From positions 682,001-746,000 of the forward strand of contig MU057651.1 of assembly GCA_013265495.1 (NCBI GenBank): a stretch of DNA of 64,000 nucleotides. Reading direction: 5' to 3'. The notes under the pieces are model-generated. The model ran no database searches. It was given only the letters and a program-made list of their open reading frames with translations, and was not told where the DNA came from. This stretch comes from Vicugna vicugna (taxonomy: Eukaryota). The translations under genes were made by a program, and so were the position numbers. This document shows, piece after piece, positions 50,408 through 64,000 of the stretch. How positions within the stretch are numbered: the stretch's first letter is position 1; every line of letters begins with the position of its first letter.

Positions 50408-52411
50408 ATATGATTCCAGCCGGCAGCTTCATTGATTTTCTGCTTATTCATAGCAAAAACAAATCTGTGGCACAGCCCTGGAGAGAGCTGAGAAAAAGAT
50501 TTCAGTGAACTTTTTAACTCCAGGGGAGAGCTGTGAGTCCGAGGATCATGTCCTGGCCTACTTCGATGTTTCCTTTGCCCTGAGGTTCTGATAGCCACAT
50601 CCTAAGGCAGTGCAAGGAGATCTAGGGCCCCTCATCCTCTACTGGTCACCAAGTCCAGCATTTCTCAGTGCTTAGCTTGTGTTCAAACCAAGTGGCTGGC
50701 AGTATCAGGTCAGCTTTTCCTCACTGTCAGCTTGAGAAGCCCCTTAAGTTCCTCCCTGCTTAGGAGTTCCCGTAGGGCCCAAGTTACCACACTAGGCTGT
50801 CTCCATCCTGGCAAGTGTAGCTGCTCCCCAGCCACTGCCCCAACCACAGTGCTATTTTGGAATTTCTAACTGAGTGTGGGCTGGAGTAAGTGAGGGGTTT
50901 TGACAGACTCCCTAAAAGCAATTAGCCAAATGGGAATCACTTACGCTCAATTTTCAAATGGCTAATTTGGTGTCGGGGAATCTTCTTTAAAAGGCGTGGG
51001 TGGCAGACATCCCAGAGTCTCCTCTAACTATTTCGCTAGATAGCTTAGCCAAGGGAGTTGCATTCCCACATGCTGAGAAAAGTCTTATCAAGGGGGGTCC
51101 ACCTGACAGCTTCTTTTGCCAGCTCAGGTGTCTCTAAAAAATTCAAGACGGGCCAGGGAGAGTTACTCTTCACCATGTCAGCAGAAACTGGAAGGTGAGA
51201 GCTGGCCAACGTGGGGCTTTTGCAGATTAGTGCCGTGCCTGTGAGCTAAGGATCCTCCAGCCACTCTAGCCTGTGTGTCATGAATGCCTGTGTGTGTGCC
51301 TGGGTCTGTAGTTATGGGGGAAGGAGGAGGGAGAGGAGGCACATGATAAATTTGGGAATGTGCAGTCCCCATAGACATGTACACCTGAATAAGTCTCACC
51401 TCTCATAGATGTAGGTGGTGAGGGTGAAGATTTGGCTCTTGACAGCTCCATGTGACATGCTGTGGCCATAAACACTGCAGGCGGCCACTGTGTGCGCGGA
51501 GGGAGTCTATGAATGGGAGAGTTCTGCTGAACTCTCAATTATATAGAGTCGGGATGTTTCAGGGTCAGCATACCTAAATCTGGTGATAATGTATGTGTAG
51601 CACGTCTCAGATTTTCAGTGTGAGTCATTCACTGACATGTGGGTGCGTGAGTATATCTTCCTGCATGTTAGTAATGAGGGAAAAGAAGACAAGGACATGA
51701 GCATGGAAGACAGAAACTGACAAGGAACCTGTGAAGAGCCCTTTAAGAAAAGGACAAGGAAGAAGATCTGGCTCATTAAGTACCTACCTCATTAGGGCCT
51801 GAGTTGCCAGGGAGCTGAAGCAAACTAATTCATTTCCTCGACAATTAAGCCAATCCCCACTCTCTTCTCCCTCCACCACAGTAATCAGGAAAAATTGCCC
51901 CTCCCTCAGATGAAATATACACGTCCTCCATGTCTCTTACTTCCCTAACAAGTATCTGTAAGTACCTGCCTAACCTGGGCTCAGCAATGGGCACCCTTCC
52001 CTTTGTTTTTCAATATCTCCATTTGATCTACACAAGTCCACTGCTCACAGGGGCGTCCAGGGAAGAAGAATGGTTAAATGCAGTATTGTGAGCCACCCGT
52101 ATGTTGATTTCTGACTGTTCCTGCAAATAACAGGAGAATTGCCTACAAGTAGAGCAATAAATGGATTATCCTGCCCCCAGAGGTCTCGCACCTTAAAGAA
52201 TTAGGCTTGGCTGAAAATCAGAGTAGCTCACATAATGTTCTTTTTTTTTCTCTGCAGTTATGCAAATGGACCCCAGGTTTAATGGTCTTCAAGAGCATTG
52301 ATCTAAATGTTTACAAGTCTGGGCAAGTTTTTGGATGAAAGATGCTAACATGGTGGCCAAAAAAAATGTTACCCCTTCCTTACCTTCTAGAACAAGCAAT
52401 TGTAGCAAATG

Positions 52412-52915
52412 CAGTGTTGGGCCTCTTAACCATTTTTGTGCTATGGACCCCCATGGCAGTCTGATGAAACCTATGGATCTCTTTCTAAACAATGTTTTTA
52501 AATGTATAAAATTAAATATATAGGATTACCAAGGAAACCAACTATATTTAAATAAGCCTATTAATTTAAAACTTGTGATATAGTCACATACATGCCTTTT
52601 ATTAAAATGTTAAACAAATTTTAGCAGCAGGTCTCATAACTAACGTAGTTTCAAAATAGTGATCGGCACAAATGATAGTTCAAGACATCAGCACTGGCTG
52701 TAATGTGACAGGAAAACATGTGATTTCTACTGGTGATAAAATTACAACGACTGCTAATACTATTTGGTTTATTGCCAAATACGTAACTGAAGAAAAAACT
52801 AAATTTCAGCTAGAGATTAGCAAAAATACAAATGGATTTTTTCCCATCCAAGTTCATTGACCTGACCCCCCCCTGTATTCTATCCACAGATCTCTAAATT
52901 GTTAAATTCTCTTGA
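52412..52915. mobile_element. MER119-like hAT-Charlie element
   Basis: cttaaccatttttgtgctatggacccc..ggcagtctgatgaaacctatgg...ataggattaccaaggaaaccaa. Confidence 0.75.
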
Positions 52916-53902
52916 GACAAAGAGAGCAAGAGAGAGAGCAAGCAAACACCAAAGCTGAAAATAAGATTGCAAGAACAACCCCTAAATAAGAGAATGTTCT
53001 GACCACTGATGAAAAATCCAAGGAAGCTGAGAACAATGAAGACAATGATTATATTAGAGGCACAAGGAAACAACCATGGCAAGTACACAATCAAACAAAC
53101 AACAACAATAACAATGGAAAAGCTCCTCCCACCTCTGATTTGGCTCACCAAATGTTTGCCAATCAGAATTGACTCAGCCACTGAGATTTACATTTATATG
53201 TAGGAGGAAGCCTGATCTTCTTGGGTTGGCCTCCAAGGGTTCCCAGTACCTCCCTTCTATACGAAGCTTTCTCTTACCCTCTCAAGTACTGAATCACCTC
53301 TTGCTCTAGACTCCCCCAGCCCTTTCTATCTACTTCCAATCTAGTACTCATTTGCTGTAGTCTAGCTCCCTGTTTCACATATCTATTTCTCCCATTAGAT
53401 TGTGAGCTCCCCAAAGACAGGAGCTATGCTTTATTTATCTCACAGCAGGTAATCAATTGGTATATGTTGCATGTATATGCTAACGAGTAAAATGTCTTCT
53501 TTCCAATGGATGAGCCATTTCAAAGAACTGGCTTTGACCACATGGCTAGCTCACTTTGCAGTCTGGTTGGGACAAGGGAGAGGGAGGGTTCCATGGAGAT
53601 AGTTGTTTATCAGTTGCCAAAAGTATAGGACAGTCGAGAGTTCAAGGACTGCAAAATCACTTGGAATGTAGCTTAAACTTTCACAGCGAGAATATCATTC
53701 AAATGTACTGAAGCTAAGTTAAGATTCAGCATTCATACCACTTTTGGGCACATTTAAAACCTAATGAAAAAAGTGGAAAATGTCCAGGAAGTGTTTTGTG
53801 TTGACCTGAGCTGTCTTGAAGCAGACCTACTGGAAATTCAAAAATAATCAAGAAATAAGCAGACCAACTTGAGGTTTTTTTCCAGTGTCTCAGTCCAGCT
53901 CT

Positions 53903-54032
53903 CTATCCATCCATCCTTCCATCAGTCCATCCAACATCCCTTCAACTATACATCCAACATCTAATCATCCATTCATCCATGATCTATCCATACATCCAAC
54001 ATACCTTCATCCATTCATCCAGCCATCTATTT
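53903..54032. repeat. Degenerate (TCCA)n tetranucleotide repeat
   Basis: atccatccatcc...catccattcatcc. Confidence 0.85.
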
Positions 54033-54819
54033 AGCCAACATAACTGGGGAAATTCAATGCTCTTGGAATCTTAAAGGCAAATGAATTCTACAGTTAATCT
54101 ATCTCTCAAACTAAGCATCATGTGAAAATTCTGGTGGGGAGTGTGGAAATATGATATCTAACAATTGTTAACTAAGCAGCCCCTCTCTTAAAAACCTTCC
54201 TCACTCTTTTCAGTCCTGCTTTCCCCCTCACTGCAGATTCCAAATAATTCTCCACCATCAGTCCTGACACCCTTCTACACAAGTTTATTCTCAGTGAGCA
54301 CAAGTAAGGATATGGAGAGAGGGAGGATTCCTCCTCAACATGAAGGTTGGAATTCTGTTGCAGTCTTTTGATAGATATGGAGAATTAACAAGGAGGTTTC
54401 GGCAGGATGTGGCAAATGGAACTGCATCTTAACATCGTAAATCAACTATACTCAATTTGAAGAAAAAAAAACCTCACCTCCTCCCCTTAAAAGTCCCTGA
54501 GGCTTCACCAGCTCCAAATTCTTTAAGGAGGGTACCAGAAGACAACCAACAGATCAAGAATAACAAATATTTGAAAACTGTATGAGAGGTTGTTGCCCCA
54601 TCAAGCCAAGCCTCCAATGCAACTTTGCTGAAATTCCAGGCAAGGAGAACAAGGCAGTAGGAAATGGCGCTGTAACTCAGTCCCTCATTGGCATGGGTCT
54701 GCAATTCCTGGAGAACTGAATTAATGCAGTCAAGTGCAGCCAAGAGGGATACATTGCCCAGGGAGGGCTAGCAGCCTTCCTCCCATCCACAGGGAAGGGC
54801 CTTCACTGTCCGTTACCTA

Positions 54820-57210
54820 AAGGGATGTCCATTCCGTATGCTCTTTGATTCCCTTCTCATTTCCTTTTGTGTGTGTTCTATAGACAGCGTATTTGTGATT
54901 ACCATGGACTACATACAGCACCCTAAAATTATGACAATCTGCCTTTAATTGATGCCAAGTTAAATTCAAACACATAAAAAATTCTACTCCTTTACAGCTC
55001 CACCCATTCACCACTTTATGTTACTGATGTCACAAATTACATCTTTATGTATTGTGTACCCCCTTAACATAGATTTATATTTTGATGCATTTGTCTTTTA
55101 AATCCTTTATATTTTCATAGAGGTTCAAATTGCTGTGTAGCATTCTTTCATTTCAACTTGAAGGACTTCCTTTAGCATTTTTTTCAGGGTATGTCCAGTG
55201 GGAATGAACTCCCTCAGCTTTTGTGTGTCTTAAGCATGTCTTAATATCTCCCTCATTTCTGAAGGACAAATTTGCTGGATATAGAATTCTCAGTTGACAG
55301 TTTGCTTTTCTTTCAGTGCTATAAATGTACCATCTTATCTTCTGGCCTATAAGGTTTCTGCTGAGAAATCTGCTGATAGTCTTATGGGGAAATCCTTTAT
55401 ATTTCCTTTATATATACTTTTCTCTTGCTGATTTCAAGATTCTCTTTCTCATTCTCTTCTGATTGTTCAATTATAATATGCCTTCATTTGGGTCTGAGTT
55501 TATTCTACTTGGAATTGATTGAACCTCTTGGATTTATACATCTATGTCTTTCCTCAAATTTGGGGAGATTTTAGTCATTATTTCTTCAAATAATCTCTCT
55601 GCCTCTTTCTCTCTTCTTTTCTTCTGGGACTCCCGTAATGTGTATAATGATCTGTTTAATAGCATCCCACAAGTCCCTTAGGCTCCAATCACTTTTATTC
55701 ATCCTTTTTTTGCATCTCAGGCTCAATAACTTAAAATGATCAGTCTTCAACTTTGCTGGTTCTTTCTTATGCCTGTTTGAGTCTGCCTTTGAAATCCCCC
55801 AGGGACTTTTGGAATTCATTCTTTTCCAGCAGAGCATTTTTTGTTTCTTTCCATACTTTTAATATCTTTGTTGAGATTCTCGTTTTGTTCATGTAGTTTT
55901 TCTGATGTTTTAGTCTGCTCATGCTGCCATAATAAAATACCATAGACTTAGTAGCTTAAACAAGAGAAGTTTATTTCCTCACACCTCTGGAGGCTGGAAG
56001 TCTCCAGATCATGGTGCTAGCATAATTAGGTTCTTGCTTTGCAGATGACCACCTTCTTGCTATGTCTATACATAGCAGAGAGAGAAAGAAAGCAGGAGCA
56101 AGCTTTCTGGTGTCTCTTATGAAGGCACTAATCCCATCATGAGAGCCCCACCCACATCACCTCATCTAAACCTAATTACCTCACAAAGGCCCCATCTCGA
56201 AATACCATCACACTGGAGATTAGGGCTTCAATATATGAATGGGGGGGGACACAATTCAGTTCAAGCACTTTATTTCCCTTAGTTCTCTGTATTTTACTTT
56301 AGCCCTTTAAGTATATTTAAGACAGATGTTTTACAGTTTTTGTCTAGTAAGCCCAATGTGTGTGTTTCTTCAGGGACAGTTTCTGGAGATGCATTTTGTT
56401 CCTTTGACCAGGGTAGTTTTTCCTGTGTTTTTGTATACTTTGTGATGTGATTTTTTTTTTGAAAAATTGAGCATTTGGAAAAACAGATACCTCTTCCACT
56501 CTCTACACACCAGTGTGGAGACATTCACTAGTTGGCAGGTCCCTGAGCCTTGGAATCAAGCCGGGGGGAAGGCTTTTAAGTTCGTCTCAGCTATTTTCTG
56601 GGCATTCATCCTGTCTGGCTTGTGTATGTATAGTTTTATTATTTTATTTCCTCCAGCTGCTTTTAAATATCTTAATTTCCCAAAGTGCTTCACTCACCCC
56701 TGCTTCTTCTTGGGGGCTTAGATATTCTATTCCTCTGCCCATAATATCTTGCTCCCAGGCATCCAGTTCTCCTGCAGTGCTCATGTGCTGCAGTACCCAC
56801 CACTGCCTCCATGACTTCCAGCCTGATATCCAAACTATGACACTACTTCCCATCTGAGCTCTGAGTCAGGTGATACAGAAACCAGTTTCTCAGGTAGCCC
56901 ACAGACGGGCCAGAATATTGCAAACAAGTTCTACTCTGCTCCTTCTGTCCCACGGCAGGGAAACAGGAATTGGTTTTCTTCCCCCTGACCATACTGCACC
57001 GTACTTGAGAGGGAGTGAGGCAAGGGTAAGTAAATGCCATGGAATTTCCTGCCATTTTGAATGTAGATTTTACCTGATTGGGCATTTGCTTGGTTGCTAC
57101 TAGTTTCCGGAATTCCTACAAAGTTATTTTAGTCACTCCTTAGTTATTTATTGGATGTTTCTGTGAGGACCTGGAGCTTCCTAGTCTACCATCTTGCTGA
57201 TAACATCTAT
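54820..57210 (-). mobile_element. Old L1M 5' region (5'UTR/ORF1), antisense, interrupted by MLT1A
   Basis: T-rich antisense ORF1 text (aaggtttctgctgagaaatctgctg, ctgggactccc, ccatcttg near 57190); ORF 55586-55837 has the ORF1-like SLRDLWDAIK..IHITGVPEE. Confidence 0.8.
55906..56267 (-). mobile_element. MLT1A-like MaLR solo LTR
   Basis: tgttttagtctgctcatgctgccataataaaataccatagact...ctggaggctggaagtc...acctcatctaaacctaattacctc...acacaattcagttcaagca. Confidence 0.9.
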
Positions 57211-59187
57211 TTGCACTTATTATTAATCACTGAATAAACAATTCATGGTACATTGAAAGTGCTTAACAAATGTTTGCTAAATTGAATTTTAGTCTGACTT
57301 GCATTATTCATTATTGCTTCAGGTATATTAGACTTAAGTCCTCACCTAGCTTGTAAGCTCCTTAGGGTAGGGAACCATTCATAACTTCTGCTGTGTTTAC
57401 ACAGTACAGGTGCTTAACATTTGCTTATTTTGCTCAAAGTAGGTGTTTAATAAGTATTTATTGACTTTATATAACTGAATTGGCTTTTACCTCGTATCTT
57501 TGCCTTGCCTTTGCCCAGAGTGAACAGCAGACTTGGATCTCATTAGATGGTACATAAAAATAAATGGATTGGAGCCATATATTGCCTTCATCTCACTCCC
57601 AGGAGGTAAAAATTAATCTAGGTCTAGCCTCTACTCTGCCCCATGCCAAATTCACATTCGCTGCCAGACAAAAGCAGAGACTATCATCCTTGTTGAATTT
57701 TTACTATTTAACATTGTGAGTCCCAAAGGAAACACAGATTTTAGAATAAAAGTGACAGGTCAGAAACTCCTATTTATCTCGAAGAGTCCTTGGGGCAGAT
57801 GCTTTAATCATCATCTCATAATTATTCTCCTCTTCCTGCCTTCCTTCCTCCCTTCTTCCCATCCTTTCCCTTCCTTCCACAAATGTGTATCTAACAACCA
57901 CCATTGAACAAGAACTGATGATGCACACAGGTGATGAGTAAGGCATGGACCTTGCCCCAAAAGATTTCACCAAATAGCAATAATATCTGTGATCCTCTAT
58001 TCTATCTGGAATAATGGTTACTCTTTGAAAAAACTCAAATAGCTAATTATCTCCATGGTAATAGAATCCATTTGAGGGGAGAGATGTGTCCAAGATGGAG
58101 GAGTAGGAAGACCCTGAGCTTACCTCCTCCCACGGGCACATCAAAATTACAACTATTTACAGAGCAACTACTATGAGAACAATCTGAAGACTAGAAAAAA
58201 ATATTTTCCACAACTAAAGATATAAAGGAACCAGAATGAGATGGGTAGGAGAGGCAGAGACTCACATCCCCTGGGTAGGTGACCCACAAACAGCAGGATA
58301 ATCACAATTGTGGAGGTTCTCTCCAAGAAGCAAAGGATCAGATCCCCAAACTGGGCTCCCCAGCCTAGGGGTCCTGCACCATCAAGACAAGCGCCTAGAA
58401 CATCTGGCTCTGAAGGTTAGCAGGGCTTGCATACAGGGAATTCTGAGGGCTGTAAAAAACAGCGACTCTGCTTACAAAGGGTGTGCACAAAATTTCACAT
58501 GCTCCAGGTCCCAGTGCAGAGGCACTCATTTGAAAGGAGCCTGAGTCAGACCCACTTGCTGATCTTAGAGATCTCCTGGAGAGACAGAAAGCAACTTGGA
58601 CTGCCCCATGGACACAGACATTGGTGGAAGTCATTTTGGGGAGCTTGTCTTACCATGAGGACACTAGTGCTGTTAAGTGCCATTTCTGAGGCCTTCTCTC
58701 TAGCCTATTAGCACTGAGGATTTACCTTCCCACCAGTAGGCTGGTATCAGTCCCAGACCTACCTCCTGCCCCATAGTCAGGCACCCCAGGACCTGGCCAT
58801 GCCCTCCAGAGGGCTGGCACCAGCCCTGGGGCTCCTGACCCCACAACCAGCCACCCTAGGATGCAACCAACCCATCAGCCAGCTGGCACCAGCCTTGGGA
58901 CATTCTGGGCCATACAGCCAGCCATGCTGTGACCCAGCTCTGCCCACTAGGAGGCTAGCAGCCACTTCCAGGGGCCAGCCCCACCTACAAGTGTACCCAC
59001 AGTAGTCAGCCCTGCCACAACAGAATGGCCCACCAGAGCTTATATTCTCTAGGGGTGCACCAAAGATGAGTGTGCAGTGTGCTGCTGGGCCTCATAGGAT
59101 GTCTTCTACATAAGGCCACTTACCCAAGATTGGGAAATATAACCAACCTATGTCATACATAGACATAAACACAAAGAATTAGGTAAA

Positions 59188-60056
59188 ATGAGGAGACAGA
59201 GGAATATATTCCAAATGAAGAAATAAGACAAAACCTCAGAATATAAGCAAAGTGGAGATAAGAAATCTACCTGATAAAGAGTTCAAGATAATGATCATAA
59301 AAATGTTCAATAAACTCAGGAGAAGAGTTGATGAACACAGTGAGAAGTTTAACAGCTAGAAATTATAAAGAAGAACCAAACTGAAAATATAATAATTGAA
59401 ATTAAAAGTATATTATAAGGAATTAATAGTAAATTAGACAATAGAGAGGAAATAATCAGCCAACTGTAAGGCAAAATAGTGTAAATCACCCAAGCTGAAC
59501 AGACAAAAGAATTAAACAAATAAGGAGAGTTTAAGAGATCTCTAAACTTACATCAAGCATACTAATATTTGTGTTATAGAGGTCCCAGAAGAAGCAGAGA
59601 GAAAGAAAGGGGCAGAGAATTTATTTGAAGAAATACTAGTTGAAAACTTTCCTAATCTGGGAAAAGAAACACAAGACATCTAGGTATAGGAAGTACAGAC
59701 AGTCACAAAAAAGATGAACTGAAAGAGGTCCCCAACTAGACACATTGTAATTAAAATTGCAAAAATGAAAGGTAAAGAGAGAATCTTAAAAGCAGCAAAG
59801 AAAAGCAAGTATTTACATACAAAGAAACTCCTGTAAGGCTGTCAGCTGACTTTTCAGCAAAAATTGTGCAGGCTAGAAGGGAGTGGTACAATATATTCAA
59901 AGTGATAAAAGGAAAAAACCTAAAACCAAGAACACCCTACCCAGCAAGTCTATCATTCAAACTTGAAGGGGAGATAAAGAGATTGACAAACAAAGGCTAA
60001 AAGAGTTCAGTACCACTAAACCAGCTTTACAAGAAATGTTAAAGGGACTTCTCTAA
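59188..60056 (+). pseudogene. Disrupted L1 ORF1
   Basis: Begins MRRQRNIFQMK*; IEVPEE, ENFPNL and ADFS-like motifs; in-frame stops. Confidence 0.8.
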
Positions 60057-60518
60057 GCAGAGAAGAAAAGACCACAACTGTAAATACAGAAGGAAAAATT
60101 TCATTGGTAAAGGCAACATATAGTAAAGGTAGTAAATGAACCATTGACAAAGCTAATAGGAAGGTTAAAAAACATCATCTATATCCACAATAAGTAGTTA
60201 AGGAAAATTCAAAACAAAAAGATGTCAAATATAGTGTCACAAACATTAAAAATGAAGGGGAGTGAAAATGTACTTCCATTTAGAGTTAAAATTCACTCAA
60301 GCTTGAGATCATCAAATTAAAATATTCACTCAAAGATAAATAGATATGAATCTCGCGGTAGCCACAAACCAAAAAATCTATAATAGATACAGACACAAAA
60401 AAAGAAAAAGGAATCCAAATATGACTCTAAAGACAGCCATCAAATCACAACTGAAGAGACCAAAAGAAGAAGGGGGCAGGGTGTGGAATCCAAAAACAAC
60501 CAGAAAACAATCAACAAA

Positions 60519-63500
60519 ATGGCAATAAGTACATACCTATCAACAATTGTTTGAAATGTAATGGACTGAATACTCCAATCGAAAGACAGAGTGGCTGAAT
60601 GGATAAGAAAGAAAAAAAGACCCATATGTATGCTATACACAAGATGCCCACTTCAGACCTAAATACACACACAGACTGAAAGTAAGGGAACAGAAATAGG
60701 TATTCCATATAAATGGAAAGGAAAAAAGTTGGGATAGCAAAACTTAGACAAAACAGACTTTAAAACAAAGACTGTAACAACAGACAAAGAAGGACATTAC
60801 ATAATGAGAAAGGAATCAAATAAACTAGAAGAAATAACAATTGTAAATATATATGCACCCAGCATAGGAACATCTAAATTCATAAAGAAAATATTAACAA
60901 ACATAAAGGGTTAAATTTACAGTAAAACAATTAACAGTAGGGGACTTTAACACCCCATTTACATCAATGGACAAATCATCCAGACAGAAGATCAATAAGG
61001 AAACACTAGCCTTAAATGACACAGCAGACCAGATAGAGTTAATAGATGTAAAGAGAGAACACTCCTTCCAAAAGTAGCGGAATACACATTCTTTCCAAGT
61101 GCACATGGAATATTCTCCAGAATAGATCACATGCTAGGCCACAAAACAAGTCTCAATAAATTTAAGAAGGTTGAAATCATATCAAGCATCTTTTCTGATC
61201 ACAATGCTATGAGACTAGAAATCAACTAAAGAAAAAAAAACTGCAAAAGACACAAATATGTGGAGGCTAAATAGTATGCTACTAAATATCCAATGGATCA
61301 CTGAAGAAATCAAAGAGGAAATCCATAAGCACCTGGAGACAAATAAAAATGGAAATACAATGATCCAAAGTCTATGGGACACAGCAAAAGCAGTTCTAAG
61401 AGGGGAGTTTATATGAATACAAGCTTACTTCAGAAAATAAGAAAAATCTCAAATAACAATTTAACCTTACACATAAGAAACTAGAAAAATAAAAACAAAC
61501 AAAATTCAAAGTTAGTAGAAGGAAAGAAATAATAAAGATCAGAGCAGAAATACATAAAATTGAGACTAAAAGCTATAGAAAAGATCAATAAAACTGAGAG
61601 TTAATTATTTGAAAAAATAAACAAAATTGATAAATCTTTAGATAGATTCATCAAGAAAAAAAGAGGCCCCAAATAAATAGTCAGAAATGAAAAGGAGAAA
61701 TTATAACCAACACCACAGAAATACAAAGAATCATAAGAGATTACTATGAACAGTTATACTCCAACAAAATGGATAATCTAGAAGAAATAGGTATAAATTC
61801 CTAGAAATGCATAATCTCCCAAGATTGAATCAGGAAGAAAGAAAAAATATGAAAAGACTGATTACCAGTAATGAAATTGAATCAGTAATTTTAAAAAAAA
61901 ACCTCCCAACAAATGAAAGTCCAGGACCAGACAGCTACATAGGTGAATTCTAACAAACATCAAAGAAGCATTAACACCTATACTTCTCAAACTATTTCAA
62001 AAAAATTGAAGTGAAAAGAATGCTTCCAACTTCAGTATATGAGACTAGAGTCACCCTGACACCAAAACCAAAGAAAGACACCACGAAATAGAAAATTACA
62101 GTTCACTGATGAACATAGACAAAAATCCTCAACAAAAGATCAGCAAAATGAATCCAACAACAAAAGGATCATATGCCATGATCATGTGGGATTTATGCCA
62201 GGGATGAAAGGATGGTGTAATACCTTCAAATCAAGCAATATGATATACCACATTAACAATTTGAAGAATAAATAATTATATGATCATTTCAATAGATGCA
62301 GAGAAGCCTTTTGACAAAATTAAAGATCCACTTATGATATAAAGTCTCACAAAGTGGGTATAGAGGGAACATACCTCAACATAATAAAGGCCATATATAA
62401 CTAACTTACAGTCAACATCATACTAAATGATGAAAAGCTGAAATCATTTCCTGTATGATCAGAAATAAGATAAGAATGTCTTTTGCTCAACATAGTATTG
62501 GAAGTCCTAGCCATAGCAATTGGACAATAAAAATAAATAAAAGAAATCCAATTGGAAAGGAAGAAGTAAAACTGTCACTATTTGCAGATGAAAAGATACT
62601 ATACATAGAAAATCTTAAAGACACCACCAAGAACTCTTAGAACTCATAAATAAATTCAATAAAGTTGCAGGATATAAAATTAATATACAGAAATATGTTA
62701 TATTTCTATACAACAATAACAAACTATCAAAAAGAGACATTAAGAAAACAATCCCATATACAATTTCATCAAAAAGACTAAAATACCTAGAATAAGACCA
62801 ACGAAGGAGGTAAAAGGTTTGTACTCAGAAAACTTTAAAACATTGATGAAAGAAACTGAAGATGACACAAACAAATAGAAAGATAGACCATCCTCATGGA
62901 ATGGAAGAATTAATATTTTTTAAATGATCATACCACCCAAGGCAATCTACAGATTCAAAGCAATCTCTATCCAAATACCAATGGCATTTTTCACAGAACT
63001 AGAACAAATAATCCTCAAATTTGTATGGAAACACTGAAGGCCCCAAACAGCCAAAGCAATCTTGAGAAAAAAAAAAAATGAGAGGTATCATGTGCCCTGA
63101 TTTCAAACTATACTACAAGGCTACAGTAATCAAAACAGTATGGTGCTTGCACAAAAACAGACACATAGATAAATGGAACAGAATCGAGAGCCCAGAAATG
63201 AAAGCTCACTTACATCATCAATTAATCTATGACAAACAAAGAAAGAGTATACAATGGGGAAAGGACAGCCTTTTTAATAAATGGTGTTGTGGAAACGGGA
63301 CAGCTGCATGCAAAAGAATCACATGCTATTTCTCATGCTATTTACAAAGATAAACTCAAAATGGATTAAATACTTAAATTTAAGAGCTGAAATCATAAAA
63401 CTCATAGAAGAAAATGAACACAGGCAGTATGCTTTTTGACATCAGTCTTATCAGTATTTTTTTAGGTATGTCTCCTCAGGCACAGAAAACAAAAGCAAAA

Positions 63501-64000
63501 ATAAGCAAATGGGATTATATCAAACTAAAAAGCTTTTGCACAGTGAATGAAACTATCACCAAGGCAAAAAGGCAGTCTACTGAATGGGAGATGATATTTG
63601 CAAATGATATATCTGTTAAGGGGTTAATATCCAAAATATACAAGGAACCCATATGACTCAACATCAAAAAAACAAACAACTTGATTCTTAAAAATGGGTA
63701 GAGAATCTGAATTGACATATTTCCAAAGAAGACATACCAAAAAAAAAGACATACAGATGGCCAACAGGCACATGATAAGTTGTTCAACATTACTAATTAT
63801 TAGGGAGATTCAAATCAGAACACAATATCATTTCATACCTCTCAGAATGGGTATCATCAAAAAGGTCACAAATAACAAACGTTGGTGAGGATGTGGTGAA
63901 AAGGGAACCCTCGTACACTGTTGGTGGGACTGTAAACTGGTACAGCCACTGTGGAAAACAGTATGGCAATTTCTCAAAAAACCCAAAAACAGAACTAGTA
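60519..64000 (+). pseudogene. Disrupted L1 ORF2 (endonuclease/reverse transcriptase)
   Basis: MAISTYLS start, VNIYAP, VGDFNTP, SDHNA, and RT motif LFADE (62578-62592) instead of FADD; fragmented in the ORF track. Confidence 0.9.

Larger units (their letters stand above)
58074..64000 (+). mobile_element. Near-full-length inactive L1 (5'UTR, ORF1, ORF2), continuing past the window end
   Basis: 5' end gaggggagag...caagatggaggagtaggaagac; GC-richer 5'UTR with internal repeats; ORF1 ATG 59188; ORF2 ATG 60519; EN and RT motifs present but with many stops and frameshifts. Confidence 0.95.

Noticed and set aside
1..64000. CRISPR arrays, operons, rRNA or other prokaryotic systems
   Set aside because: The sequence is mammalian and repeat-rich; no regularly spaced repeat-spacer array, rRNA or dense coding structure is visible.

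Overview
Mammalian genomic DNA, most likely camelid (two tRNA-Ala(AGC)-derived SINEs; no ruminant Bov-tA/BovB, pig PRE-1 or primate Alu seen). Bases 1-~930 are a CpG-island promoter (perfect CRE, CCAAT boxes, GC boxes) with the non-coding first exon(s) of a minus-strand gene that runs off the left edge; I could not identify the gene. The remaining ~63 kb is upstream/intergenic sequence with no supportable intact protein-coding gene. It holds a repeat-poor, motif-rich block (~8.9-12.8 kb), two more promoter-like cassettes with RFX X-boxes (~5.9 kb, ~45.7 kb) and layered transposon fossils: MIR, L2, MER5A/MER45A/MER46/MER119-like DNA elements, MLT1 LTRs, nested L1s and a near-full-length dead L1 from ~58.07 kb. 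There is a 751-N gap at 18072-18822. The most unusual signal is that several 'unique-looking' stretches translate, across stops and frameshifts, into remnants of ancient RTE-X/L4-like and RTE-like LINE ORF2: about five RTE-X-like pieces plus one fragmented RTE-like EN-RT. There are also several tiny TSD-flanked poly(A) micro-insertions. Repeat-family names come from recalled consensus sequences and manual alignment, boundaries of old repeats are approximate, and nothing was database-searched.
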